From NCBI GenBank assembly GCA_958009085.1, contig OY253673.1, positions 310,001-374,000 on the forward strand: DNA of 64,000 nucleotides, in the 5' to 3' direction. This DNA comes from Protoeuglena noctilucae. Lineage: Eukaryota. The notes under the pieces are model-generated. The model had not been told where the DNA came from, made no database searches, and saw only the letters and a list, made by a program, of their open reading frames with translations. Below, in pieces: positions 47,264 to 59,465 of this stretch. Every line of letters starts with the position of its first letter. The first letter of the stretch is position 1. A program made the position numbers and the translations under genes.

Positions 47264-49010
47264 TCAGGCGCTGCGAGGAGGATTTGGCCGCCCCGGCAGG
47301 CGTGTCTGCGCTGGGGGGTCTGTTTCCGCGCGTTTTGCCACCTTTCCACCCCCTGACGCCGGGTACTTGAAATTGAATTCAATCGAAGTACGCGCGCGAC
47401 CCTCGAGAACCTGCGCCCGCACCCCCGCCACCGCCATGCCCGCACCCGCCGCACCGCTCTGTCTCGCCTCTTTGACCAGCTTCCTGTCGCGGAAGCATTG
47501 GCAGACCCCCATTCCGTCCGTGAGGAAGACGGCCGGGATCCACCCAGGCTTGACACCGAAGTGCTCACGGTTGAAGAGGACGGGCAAGAGCTGCTCGTAC
47601 CACCTGCGGCGGCCGGGAGGAGTAGTGGGCGGCGTCACCAGCCGACAAGGCGAGAGTCGCGGGCCGCGCCCCGGCCCTCGCGTCATGCGAGGCGCCGACT
47701 CACGTCACGCGAGATGCCATCTTGATCTGGGCATCCCTGCTCCCCACGCAGATGCCGTCGTAGAGCACGGACGCGACGCACGCCACGATGTCGCACTTCA
47801 TGTCCACGTAAGTTCCGTACCCATCGACTGAACTCAGTCGGTCATCCGACTGAACTCAGTCGATGGGTACGGAACCTACGTGGACATGAAGTGTGACGAG
47901 GTCGAAGCGGGGGCCGCGGAACTCCGCTCCCTTCATCATCATCCACCACCTCAACTTCAGGACCTTCACGATGTTGTCCCGTTTCCACCTATCCCACTCC
48001 TTGTGGCTGCGGGGGCCCACCTCCCCCGCCCGGCATGCCTGCTGGGACCCGCCCCCCCTGGGCCGCGCCGGCCCCGGCCTCCTCGTCCCCGCTCGAGGCC
48101 ACCTTGTCCCCCCTTGCCCTGCGCCTGCCACGCGCGGAAGAAGCCATTGTGCGGGGGGAGGGGCGGTTGACAGACCGAGCGCTCCGCGTGCTCCCGAGAC
48201 CACCTCCGTGTACCACGCCGGGGGGCGGCCCGTGTGGGGGTCGATGGGCGGCATGGCGAGGCTGCGCTCGGTGTTCTGCACGTCTTGGACGAAGCTCTTG
48301 GCAGCGGCCTCGAGGTCCGCGCCCTGCGGAGGGGGTAGAAGACGTGCAGGATGAAGGCGGAGCGCACGACGCCGCACGCGGGCGGGGAACGATGAACCGT
48401 GCCGCGCTAAGGGCGGGTCTCGCCTGCAGCCCATTCCATCTCGCTCCGTGAGGATGCGGGTGGCGTGGAAGTCGCAGATGTCGCTGGCCCGTTGCCACAG
48501 GAGCTTCTCGACATCGAGGTTGATGGCCTGGCCCAGCGCAGCGATGACGTTCCAACCCAGCTCAGGGGTGGCCCTGCGCGGGAGGGAGCGTGGAGAGGTG
48601 GAGAAGCACACGCCCCTCCTCCCCCGTCACCGCCTCGTCCCTTCCCCCCGCGTTGCCTCTTGGACTACCGCGTCTCGACGCCGGGGCGCCCCGCGGCGTC
48701 GCCCCCCGCCTCGCCCCCCTCCACCGCATCGTTTGTAACAGAAGCGTCGCCACCCCCGGCTCCTCCCTCCTTCTTCCCCACGGCGCTCTTGCCGTGCGCC
48801 GAGAGGCATTCAATTTGATCAGAGAAAAGGTTTCTGACAAAATTGCCTGAAACGCCGCGGAGGTGCCTTTCGCGGACCCATCGTCGAGCACCACAATCAC
48901 ATTATGCTCGCTTATGCATTGACGTAGTTTGTGGTGGGGTGAACTCGCGCGATGAGGGCTCAAAGCTGACCTTACCTTCCCCGCTTCCCCGCGTCTAGCC
49001 GCGCGTCCAT
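47264..49010 (-). CDS. Hypothetical multi-exon protein interrupted by a foldback insertion
   Basis: Coding-like exons ELGWNVIAALGQAINLDVEKLLWQ..., GADLEAAAKSFVQDVQ..., HKEWDRWKRDNIVKVLKLRWW...PRFD[insert]IVACVASVLYDGICVG...RVT|WYEQLLPVLFNREHFG.... The start is uncertain. Confidence 0.55.
47785..47904. mobile_element. Foldback/MITE-like palindromic insertion (52-bp arms, 4-nt loop) with imperfect 9-bp flanking direct repeat; candidate introner
   Basis: Arms 47790-47841 and 47846-47897 match at 48/52 positions. Direct repeats are acgatgtcg (47785-93) and acgaggtcg (47896-904). Confidence 0.6.
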
Positions 49011-49467
49011 CTTGACACAGCATCATTGTATATAATTGACTGAAAACGCCTGCCCCCCGCTGCACCGGAAATGACTGGCAAGGTGCGAGGGGTGGCCGGC
49101 GGGCCTTGCGCGTGTTCTCTGATGGATGTATATGGTGCGATGAAGGCCTGGTCGGGAGGGGGGTTGCTTTCATTGCGCGAGTCGGCCGCGCCACATGGCT
49201 TCTTTGGCGTGCACTTGGGGCGCACCCGCGTGCAGCTGGCGCGCGGCGCGTCTTCATTGCATCGTCAGCACCATCTTGCATATTCCCTCGTCGTCAAGCC
49301 GGGCCGGGGAACGGCTTGTGCCGCTCTCGTCGAGCCCGCCCCTCGGCTGCACCCCATTGCACCCTCCCTGCCCCCGCGCTGCGCAGGAGGCGCCTCGCCA
49401 CCATTGACTCGCGCTACTTTCCGGCCACTCATTGCCTGGCAGCGCCCTTGCCGGAGGGACTGCCGCC

Positions 49468-52400
49468 ATGGGCCGAGCCAGGCCCATCGACGGGGCGCGC
49501 AGGGTCCTTGCAGCGCTTTTATGCGTCCTGTTGTGCACGGCTGCGCCCATCCACGCGTGCGGGAGCAGGCGTGGCGATGTCGTCGCCGTAACGCACCCCG
49601 GCGCGCGCCGACGGCACGCCCACGCCCACGACGAGGCGGTCGTCCCGGCCTTCCTCCGCAAGCGTTTGGAGGCCTATGACCGCGTGCCGATTGAGGCCCA
49701 CAGGTGCGTCGGGGCGCGACAGGCGTGTGTACGTGTGCCCTCACTGCGCACCTTCACTGACTCACCATCGCGCCCCGAGTCCTGCCCCAGGTCCGCCAAC
49801 GGAGTGGCGCCTCGCCGGGCTCTGGCGTCGGCGGCGAGCCCCCACTCCCTGCGCATCCTCGTGTACTTCGACGACGTCAACTTCGACCTGCCCGCGGAAG
49901 AGACCAAAACCATCAAGGAGCGCCTCACGCCCCTGCTGACCGACATCCTGACCGGGGCGCTCACGGTGCGGCGCCCTCAGGCGGGCCCGTCGCTGCTGCT
50001 CCCGCGCACGTGCCTGGAGAACTGGGCGGACGGCACGTGCAAGACGGTCGCACCGATTGAGGCCTGCATGGCCGTGAGCCCACCCGCCGACTGGTACGGC
50101 CCGACCACCACGTGCGCCAACGGCCCCAGCAGCCTCAGCCGCGACTGCCAGACCGTCCCGGGCGGCTCGGGCGTGGGGGACGTGGACTTCGTCGTCATGA
50201 TATCCTCCGTTTCTGACATTGCGGGCCAGACGGCCTGCGAGGCCTCCACCTTCGCCTTTGGGACCCCGTGCGAGTTCAGCCCCATCGACGGCAGGCCCCT
50301 CGCAGGCTCAATTAACATCTGCCCGCAAGTCTTCAAGGTTAGGCCCTGACTTTGCCTGTCTTGCTCGTGGCGCTCATCTCGCCGGTCCGACGCCTGAGAA
50401 GGCCTGCGGGACCCCGTTGCTCCCTGCGCCGACGAGACTCGTCCCTCTTGCTTGACTCGTCCCTCTTGTCTTCGTCTCTGACAGAGCATGGGCGTGGGCG
50501 ACGCACTGGTGGGCGAGCAGCTGGACGTGCTGCTGCATGAGTCGCTCCACTCGCTGGGCCTCAACAGCTGGATGTACGCGCGATACGTGGACGACAGCGG
50601 CGCGACGATGGGCGAGAGCCGCGTGCTCATGACGGACGCGGACGGCAAGCCGTGGCTTACGACGCCCCGCGTGACGGCGGCCGCGCGGGCGTGGTACGGC
50701 TGCGACACCATGCCAGGCATGCGCCTGGAGGACAACGGCGGCGCGGGCACGGCGATGTCGCACTGGGAGAAGTCTCTCGTGGGCAACGAGCTCATGGCCG
50801 GGTCCACGGACGGCGACCGGATGGTGCTGAGCGCCCTCACGCTGGCGCACCTCTCCGACACGGGGTGGTACACGGCCGACATGTCGCAGGCGCGGACGAG
50901 CGGCTACGGCCGCGACGCGGGGTGCGACTGGGTCGCGGACCCCTGCACCCCCGGGCGCAAGTACTGCCAGAAGGCCGACTACGGCGAGACGCGAGAGTCT
51001 TACGACGAGCACAAGTACGGCGTGTGCCAGGAGATGGACCTGGAGCCTGCGTGCCCCGAGGTCGTCATGCTGCGCAGGGGGGCGTGTTACGACGGATTCA
51101 ACAACTCCAGTGAGTGGCTTGGAGAAGGGCATGGTGCTGGGGACGCCGCCGCTGCCCGATGCCCCCCATCGCGCGCCGCTGCCCCGCCCCGCCCCGCCCG
51201 CAGAGCAGAGCAGCTCGGCGTTGATGTACTACGGCCCCCGCGCCCGGGCGTTCGAGCTCGCGTCCGGAGCGTCCTGGCAGCCCACGGGCACCGCCACCGT
51301 ATGGCCCGACTCGGTGGTCTGCCTGGAAACCGAGTGCTCCGCGGACGGCAAGTCCGTGTACATCGGTGAGTGGCTTTCGTTTCAGTCAGGCCATGGTTGC
51401 TTGGATCCTCCCGGGCCTCCCGGCATGGGTACTTTTGGGCGGAGTGACGCTCCCGCCAGCTGCGCAATGGCAAAGAGCTCTGCGTTCCCGCGGCTCGCAG
51501 TGCTGAGCGGCAAGCGGATGCGGTGCCCGGGAGGCACCTCGCTAAAACTCCCCTGGAAGTTCGTGGGTGTGCTGCGGGGCGAGCTCTCGTGCCCAGACCA
51601 AGCGACGATCGAGAAGGACTTATGCCCGGGCCTGACGTGCTCCTCGGACTGCTCCGCGGCCGGGGTGTGCATCAACGGCGCGTGCCAGTGCTTCGTGGGG
51701 CGCACGGGGAGCGACTGCTCGGGATGGGCCGTCGACATCGGAGTCAAGGTGACGAGCAAAGCAGCTAACCACCCCTCACGAGGCCACCTGATGACACCCC
51801 GCCGTTTGCCATGCGCGGTTGACTTCCCACGACCTTGCAGCCATCAGTGCGCCGCGGCCAGCCAGGGTCACCGTGTCACCGTCTCTAGACACCGCCCTGA
51901 CCATGGTCCCCTCGCGGATGTGCCTGCAGGCCCCGGGCCCTTACGGGGTGCCCATCTATCAGAACCTCTTCGGCCTCGCCGTCTGGTGGAGCTGGCTCTT
52001 CATCTCGGGCGTCGCCGTGTGCATGATCGGCCTGGGCGTGTTCGTGGGACGGCAGCTGGTGCGGCCGTCCGAGGCGCAAGAGCGCCCGTCGCGGCCCGGC
52101 CACTCCAGCAAGCACGGCAAGCACCGGTCGGCAGTGCGGCCTGACCCCGCGCGCAAGGACCGCCCGCGGGCGGGGCGTGAGGGGCTGGGAGGCCGCACGT
52201 CGGGCACGTCCACGCTGCCCGGGGACCGTCGGGAGGGCAGCGGGGTGACGGTGGCGAACGGGCAGCAGCGCCAGTCGATGCCCAAGCCCCGGGCGGACGG
52301 GCAGTCGCGGGGCGCGGCCCCCGTGGGCCCCTCGCGCCTCCAGGCCTGGGGGTCGGTGCAGAAGAGTCCCAGTGGGCCTGGGGTGCACCGTGACCCGATC

Positions 52401-52742
52401 GAGGCGGTACAGGTGGCCGAGGATGAGGTGCGGACGCAGCCGGGGGCGGCGTCGCGGCCGGGGATCGTGAATTTCGTGCATTCGGCGGCAGGGTGGGCGG
52501 GTGCGGGTGCGGGGGCGGGGGTAGCGGCGGGGGCGGGAGGGGCGCGGGATTTGGAGAGCGGGACCGCCAGGGGGCCCTCAGAGCGCCGCTCAAGCGCGAG
52601 GGAGTCGGGGCGGCGGACGGGCGACGGGCGCCCTGTCCCGCAATCAGACGCGCCTCGGCAGCCGCGTGTATCGGCGCCACAAGACCAGCGGGCCACGCCG
52701 CCCCCACGGCCCCCACGGGGGACGCCACCGAGCCGATCGTAG
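49468..52742 (+). CDS. Leishmanolysin/GP63-like M8 zinc metallopeptidase with signal peptide, EGF-like Cys region and TM segment
   Basis: GRPLAGSINICP; LLHESLHSLG (HExxH); LEDNGGAGTAMSHWEK..VGNELM; LSALTLAHLSDTGWY; CSAAGVCINGACQCFVGRTGSDC; TM LAVWWSWLFISGVAVCMIGLGVFV. Confidence 0.9.
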
Positions 52743-53118
52743 AGGATTATAGGGCCGTAGTCGTAGTGCAGATATCAGGGTAGCGTGTGCGGACTCATTG
52801 GTGATTTTCCTATGCTTGACTTGACTTGACTGGCACTAAACATTTAGGGTGAGTCCCTGACTCCCTGCGCGAGGAGAACGAGCGCCAGTCGGTCGGTGCC
52901 GTGTTGAAGGCAGGACCGGCGACGACTGCAACTGTATCCTTGGGTAACTATCGGCTTCCTGTGCGGCGAGGGCACTGACAGGCCCTCAGTTTGGGCTCGG
53001 CATCGGAGCTTTTCTCCCTTGAGCATCGAGGCGCGCGACGGCAGTGCGGTTTCTCGACCTGGCGACGAGATATCTGCGCCAAACTTTTGCTGGGGCTCTT
53101 TGTATGGATAAGGAAGCC

Positions 53119-54342
53119 ATGGCTGCCGTGGGGGAGGTGGCCGTGGCGCTGCAGGGCGTCCTGCAGCGCGTCCAGGTCTGGGCCCCGCGCTGGTCGTCCT
53201 TTGCACCGATTTCCTTGGGCGTGGTCGCGTCTGCGTTGAGACGTCGTCTTCGTCGCGTCCGCGCAGGTGGCAGCCGCGAAGGCAGGGCGGGCAGTGCCTC
53301 CGCGGTTGGTGGCCGTGAGCAAGACCAAGCCCGCGGAGCTCATCCAGCAGGCGTACGACGTTGGGCACCGAGACTTTGGGGAGAATTACGTGCAGGTTCC
53401 TGGCCACCGCGATGCTGCCGAGGGGGACGCGTTGCTGAGCGCGGGTGGCCGGGACGTGCGCTTGCGCCCTCGCTCCTCGACTGTCGCGCCCCCGGCCTGG
53501 TTCGCGAGTTCCATGTGTTCGTGTGAAAGGTCAACTGTTACACTTGTTGCATCCATGCTGTGCGATCCCGCGTCCGCAGGAGCTGTGCGAGAAGGCGCCC
53601 GCGCTGCCTGCCGACATCCGGTGGCACTTCATCGGGCATCTGCAGTCGAACAAGGTCGCGGCGCTCGTCAAGAGCGTCCCGAACCTGGCGTTCGTCGAGA
53701 CGGTCGACAGCGAGCGCCTTGCGCGCAAGCTGAACGGCGCGGTGGAGGCGCAGGGCCGCCCTCCGCTCAACGTGCTGGTGCAGGTCAACACCTCTGGGGA
53801 AGAATCCAAGTCAGGCGTGGAGCCAGGAGCGCCCGCCGTCGAACTAAGCCGCTTCATCGTCACCGAGTGCGCGCACCTGCGCCTACGTGGCCTGATGACC
53901 ATCGGCATGCCCGACTACACCAGCCGACCTGAGAACTTCCAATGCTTGCAACAGGCGAGGGGCGCATGCAGCCGCGCGTGCGGTCGCGCGTCTCCGCTGG
54001 GTGGCAAGTCATCGTTGGCGACGTGTCTGGTTCTGAGCTGCCTTCGCAGTGCCGACGAGAGGTGGCGGCCGCAATTGGTGTTGATGAGGCGGACCTGGAG
54101 CTCTCCATGGGCATGAGCGGGGACTTCGAGGTGAGATGTGCGGTGGCATGATAGTGCCGGACAGGTTGTTGATCCTCGACCCACTCGGGTGCGGGTATGA
54201 CCCCGTTTGGTCTGGTGGGGGCACCCAACCTTGTGCGTCTCACAGCGCCTCTTTCGGGACTCCGCAGGCGGCCACGGAGATGGGCAGCACCAACGTCCGA
54301 GTCGGGAGCACGATCTTCGGTGCGCGGGACTACAGCAAGTGA
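53119..54342 (+). CDS. PLPBP: Pyridoxal phosphate homeostasis protein (PLPBP/PROSC/YggS), 5 exons
   Basis: [74 protein letters not shown]. Confidence 0.97.
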
Positions 54343-54534
54343 CCGTAGACGAGGATCTTGCCTAGCCAAAAAGCTCCTGGACCCTTGTGCATTCTGTCGA
54401 TGACCATCGCCACGCAAGCGTGACCTGCCAAGCACACGCACAGTTTGAAAAGCGACCCGCATTTCGATTCAAATGCGCGAGTGCGGCGCACGTGGCGCAT
54501 GCCGTGCTGTGGGCCGACCCCAGGTCCGTCCGGC

Positions 54535-57500
54535 TCACTCCCCTAATGGGCCTGCTCCCATCGTGCTGTTGCCTTGCGAGTAAAACACCTTCTGCCGCCT
54601 CTTTTGCTTCTGCGACGACGGGAATGGGAACGGCGTCTGCTGTGCTGTCGCGTATGAGCTATTATGTGCACCCCTGTTTATCTTCCACCGACCCTCCGCT
54701 ACACCACTCCGCCCGCACACCAACCCTCCTCACACGGACCCCTCCCTCCCACAGACCCTCACGCACACAAACGCTCCCTTCCCATCCCTCACCTCCACCT
54801 CGGCCCTCTCCATGTACCTCGCCCGGTCCTGTTCGCTGAAGAAGGCCCTCAGGGCGTACATGCCCCCTCCCATGGGCACAAACACCTCGTCCTCCCTCAG
54901 CTGATTGCCCAGGTACGTGGACACTCGCTTGCGCTCCTTTGCCTCGTCCTCCGCACCCGAGTTGGCGACGATAGCTGCTGCGATGTCCGCGAGCTTGCCG
55001 CCCTCAGCCCCGCGCGAAAGGAGGTAGGTGAAGGCGCTCTGGCGATGCCTCGTGCGCTGCGGGGGGCGGGAAGATGTGAGGAGCATAGCAGAGAACAGTG
55101 CCAGCCCACTCCATCACCCTCCCCACTTCCGAACCTTCCCCAACCATCCCCACACCCACTATCCCCACCCTCCCCACACCAACCATCCCCACCCTCCCCA
55201 ACCATCCCCACCCCCACCATCCCCACCCTCCCCACACCAACCATCCCCACCCTCCCCAACCCCCACCCCCACCCTCCCCACCCTCCCAACCCTCCCCGCA
55301 CCTTCTGCTTCGCGAGCCGCTGCGCCTCCGCCTCGTCCGCCCCAAACACCACCGCCCGGTCGCGCCGCAGCAAGTCCTCATCTGGCCCCGCCATCCCCGC
55401 CGTCCCCGCCTCCGCCTGCGTCGACGCCGGCGCCGGGGCCTCCCTCCCGAACCCAGACGCGTCGCTGGGGCGGCCGCGCGCCCGCGGTACCAAGTCTTCA
55501 TCCGCAAGCGACTGGCGAGGACTGGGACCGGGCCCTGCTGTCAGCGACGCCAGCGCGCCCTGCCCCCGCGGGGTGGCACCCCCCGGACCTTCGTTGGCCC
55601 TCTCCTTCTTTTTAAGCCTGAGCCGGTTCGTGACGCGCGTGTACGCCTGGGCCAGGAAGGCCTCCGTCAGCATCGCCTCGCGGGGGCATTTGTCCAGCAG
55701 GGCCGGCCACACCTGCGGGGGTGAGGGCTGGGCGGTGAGGGTCGGAGGGCGGCTGTGGGAGGGTGGCGGTGGGAGGGCTACGGTGTGCGGGTGCTGGTGT
55801 AAGGGTGTCAGTGCCGATGGGAGGCCGATGTCGGGAGAGCAGCGGTGCAGACAATGTTGCTGTAATGGACAAAACCCATGCGCCATGGTGATGGCATGGG
55901 ACCGTCAACTGCGCTATCCCCATCTATAAACCCCATCTGTCTTCGCCACTCGCCTTCTTCATCCGCGGCTTGCTCCCAAGCTTCTCCTTCCATATCTCAG
56001 CAATGTCCACCAGCAGCACCTCTGCGGCGTGGATGAGGTGAGAGCGAGCGGGTGAGAGGTAATGGTCTCCAAGCAACCTCTGCAGTTGCTCGGCACACAC
56101 CACGGCCCTAGAGCCCAAACAGACGGGCCCTTACCATCACATGATCGCAAGGTAGTACCCTGTCCCACTATGACGAGGACACCTTGCAACAAGATCTTAC
56201 TAGCACTCAGAGTTGTTTGCCTCACCCGTCTCCTTGGACAGCTTGAGCGACAGCTGCCTCCCGTCCTTGTCCACGTGCCCTGGCAAGGGAAGCCGCCCCT
56301 CTTTCCGCGCCTCCTGGGTGGGTGGGGTGGAGAGCGACATGGGTTGGTGTCAAACACTGCCTTGGGGCGTCGAACACACCAATGGGGTGTCAAACACCCT
56401 CATGAATGGCAAGCAAAGTGATGGGTGCTGGTGGTATCGAGCACAGCCGTGAATGATGTCAGCGAACGGCAGAGACCCCCTAACAACAGAGCACAGAGGG
56501 CCGCATAGCCATCACGCGCAACCCGACACCTCCTCTCCAACCCCGCCCCCATGCACTCCCAACCTCCCGCGCCGCCGCTCACCTCGAAGTCCTTCTGAAT
56601 GGCGGCGGCCGCCGCATCCATAGCCTGACTCAGCCGCGCGCGCCACCGGGTTGCCGCTGCCGCTAGCCTCTCTCGCACCGCCCGCTCTCCGCCCAGCGGC
56701 CCCGCGACCGGCGCCAGCTCCTGCAAGAGGCCTTTGAGGAAACCCCACTCCCCCGTCGCCATGTCGTCCTCGTGGATGACGCCAATAGCCCCCACCGCCG
56801 CCCACACGACCCCCGCCGACGCCTCCCCCGCCGCCATCTTCAGCGCCGACGCCCTGCGGGTGAGCGAGGACTATAGTACAATGTCGAGAAGCAGTCTCTC
56901 TACGCTCTCCGCGCGCCAGGCTGCTCTTTGCTCGTGGCACTGTCCTGTCGCGTGACCCGACGCGTCGCCACACCTTCCCAGCCATCCCACCCCGCAAGCC
57001 ACCCCATCCACAGCCATCCCACCCCGCAAGCCATCCCATCCACAGCCATCCCACCCCGCAAGCCATCCCACCCCGCACCTGATTGCGGCCATGGCGTCCC
57101 TCTCGTGGATCAGCAGATGCGGGAAGTACTCCGGATCCAACGGTGGCTTGACAGGCTCCTCTCCACCTGTGGGTGAGCATCCCACATGAGCAATCGTGAG
57201 GTTCGCTCGCAAGCACGGTGCTTCACCCACCACACCGTTGGTCCTCTTAGGATAAACACCCGGCTACACTAAAGCTAGAGAAGACCACACGGGGCAGGCG
57301 GCCAGCGATCGGCAGCCCAGTTAGACAGCACAGCCGAGCATGTAACATGTTGCGTTGCGTGTGCCGCACACACCTTCCCATTCGTCCCTCGCCGCGTCCG
57401 CCACGGTCGCCCCGTCCTCCCCCAGGACCTCCAGCTCCCCCTGGTGCATGAAGAATCCGTCGTACTTGCCGCGCCGCTGCTTCTGCCGCACTCTGGGAGG

Positions 57501-59062
57501 GCAGGGGGCCGGGTGGCAATGGTGAGGGGAGCAACAAGAGCGGGAGAGCAGCAGGGACCACTAGCATGGATCTCGGCCACGGGTAGCTGAGGTGGGAAGC
57601 AGGGTGCATGGTCGCAAGCGACTGACTCGGTCGCACCATCCCACCGCCACCCCGCACCCGCCACCTCCGCCCACGTTCACCGCCACTGCCGACACCGCAT
57701 CCGCCGCTCACCGTAACTCTGCGCGATGCGCGAGCTCCTCGTCGTCGAGGAAATCGTCGTTGTAGTCGTAATTGCCCACGCTCAGCGGCCTTGCCCGCTT
57801 CTTGGCTCCCTTCCCCTTTGCTCCGGTTCCCTCCCCCGCAGTGCTCGGCCCCGCCCCGTCATCCCCCTGCGCCACAGCGCGACTGCCGAGAGTCAGGCAG
57901 AGCGAATGGCACCAAGCAAGGTGTGCGCCGCAGCATCGCGGGAGCGCTGGGCGTGACACTCAGCACGCTTGGTGCAAGAGCAGTGGCTCAGCATTGAGTA
58001 TGATAGAGCGGAGCATGGGAACCATGGCAGCAGCTTTCCCGGTACCGCTTCCCTGACGTTAGCAGCGAACCACACCCCTGCCGACAGCGCTGACGTCGCT
58101 TGGTAGTTCGCACCTGCCTGCCCTCTCCAGGAGTGCCACCCTGCCTCCCCTCCTCGTCCTCTCCGCTGTCCGAGTCGTCTTCTCCCTCCGCGTCCCCCTC
58201 GCCTTCCTCCTCGCCGTCCTTGGACGTCGTCCCTTCGTCCGCGTCGCTCTCGGGCACCATCCCGAAACGCGTCTCCCTGCGCTCGATCTGCTCAATGACC
58301 TCGGCCAGCAGGCCGTAGGCGCGCTGGGGCTGTGCGCCCGCCGCCGGAGCGGGCTGCGAGGGAGAGGGCGGGGTCGGTAAGAGGACGTGGGGATGTCACC
58401 AAGCCACTGCGACCGCATCGCGGTCTCGCTCACCCGCTCCGCGTTCGGCGGCGCCCCCGCGGCGGGCGCCGGCGCTTCCTTCGCAGCTATGAGCTCCTTC
58501 CAGCTCACGGTCGTGCCTCCCTGGAGCGACAGCGACACCTCGAGTCGCCTGCACAGCACGAAGCAGAGCGGAGGGCGCCTCGACGCGGACGTGGCGCGAA
58601 TCCACCGGCGCGCTCGTCCCGGAGCAAGCAACAGCGTCATCGGCGCGCAGGAATCGAACCTGTAGGGACCCAGCGCGCGGCGCGCGGCGCTCTCGGCCTG
58701 GGCTGCCGGTGGCGACACGACCTCCGCCAACGCGGCCTGCTCTGCCGTCATATCGGCATCTTGGGACGCTGAGGACAGCAAAAAGGAAGCACAGATGAGA
58801 ACGCATCCGAAGCATCGCCATTGGAAGAAGCCACCGCAGCATAACCATGGCTGCATCCCTTTCAAACGGCCCCGGGCCACCGTCGAGCCCTCTTAACCGC
58901 CCGCGCACAGAGAACAGCAAGTGCGTGTCGCAAGGACATCGTCGGTGGCCAAATGTCCAGGGCAAGGAAGGCCAGATGCCTCCGGTCACCTGCGAAGGGC
59001 CCTTGAGACCCCTCCTCGACGATTTTCGTCGGCACGATGCGCTTCTTGGGCTTCGGCGCCAT
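54535..59062 (-). CDS. UBN: Ubinuclein/HPC2-like HIRA-complex subunit (HUN domain) with C-terminal HARE-HTH-like domain
   Basis: GGTTVSWKELI; LLAEVIEQIER; HUN motif YDYNDDFLDDEE...KYDGFFMHQGELE; C-terminal RQSAFTYLLSRGAEGGKLADIAAAI...LGNQLREDEVFVPMGGGMYALRAF. Confidence 0.75.
55125..55300. repeat. Intronic C-rich minisatellite (ccatccccaccctcccca(ca)ccaa units)
   Basis: About 7 degenerate units; G-tract rich on the transcribed (minus) strand. Confidence 0.85.
56975..57077. repeat. Intronic minisatellite (agccatcccaccccgca / agccatcccatccac units)
   Basis: Alternating ~15-17 bp units inside a ubinuclein intron. Confidence 0.8.
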
Positions 59063-59465
59063 CTCGTGCTGATATGCAAGCTCGGGGGAGGGGGACGACC
59101 CAAAGCTATGCCCAAAAGCGGCCCCCGCGAGCCCTCCGTGACCTGGCCCGACACGCTGGGCTGAACCGACGTCCAGGAAGGTGCCTTCCTCAATCGACAG
59201 GCAGCATCGGAAAAATGCCCTCCTGAGATGCCGCAAATGTCAGCGGGATGCGCTAGAAGCGCCCCACGCGCGCAGCACAGCCCCTCTGGCAACTTGTCCT
59301 GGCGCTTTCCCCGGCGCGCCAACCGGCCGGCCTGGCCCAGTGTTCCGGAAAGATCTGCGCTGCTTGCTTCTCGTGCCCTTCTGAACACCACCACGTCGCT
59401 AGCGTGAGAGCGCGCGCCAGGTTTCTCAGCAGAGGGTCCCCGGCGAATCGGAGCGGGGGTGCGGG

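Noticed and set aside
47856..47858. Selenocysteine decoding or A-to-I editing of the in-frame TGA
   Set aside because: No redox motif context and no SECIS recognised. The TGA is fully paired and lies in the inserted arm, so splicing or insertion explains it better.
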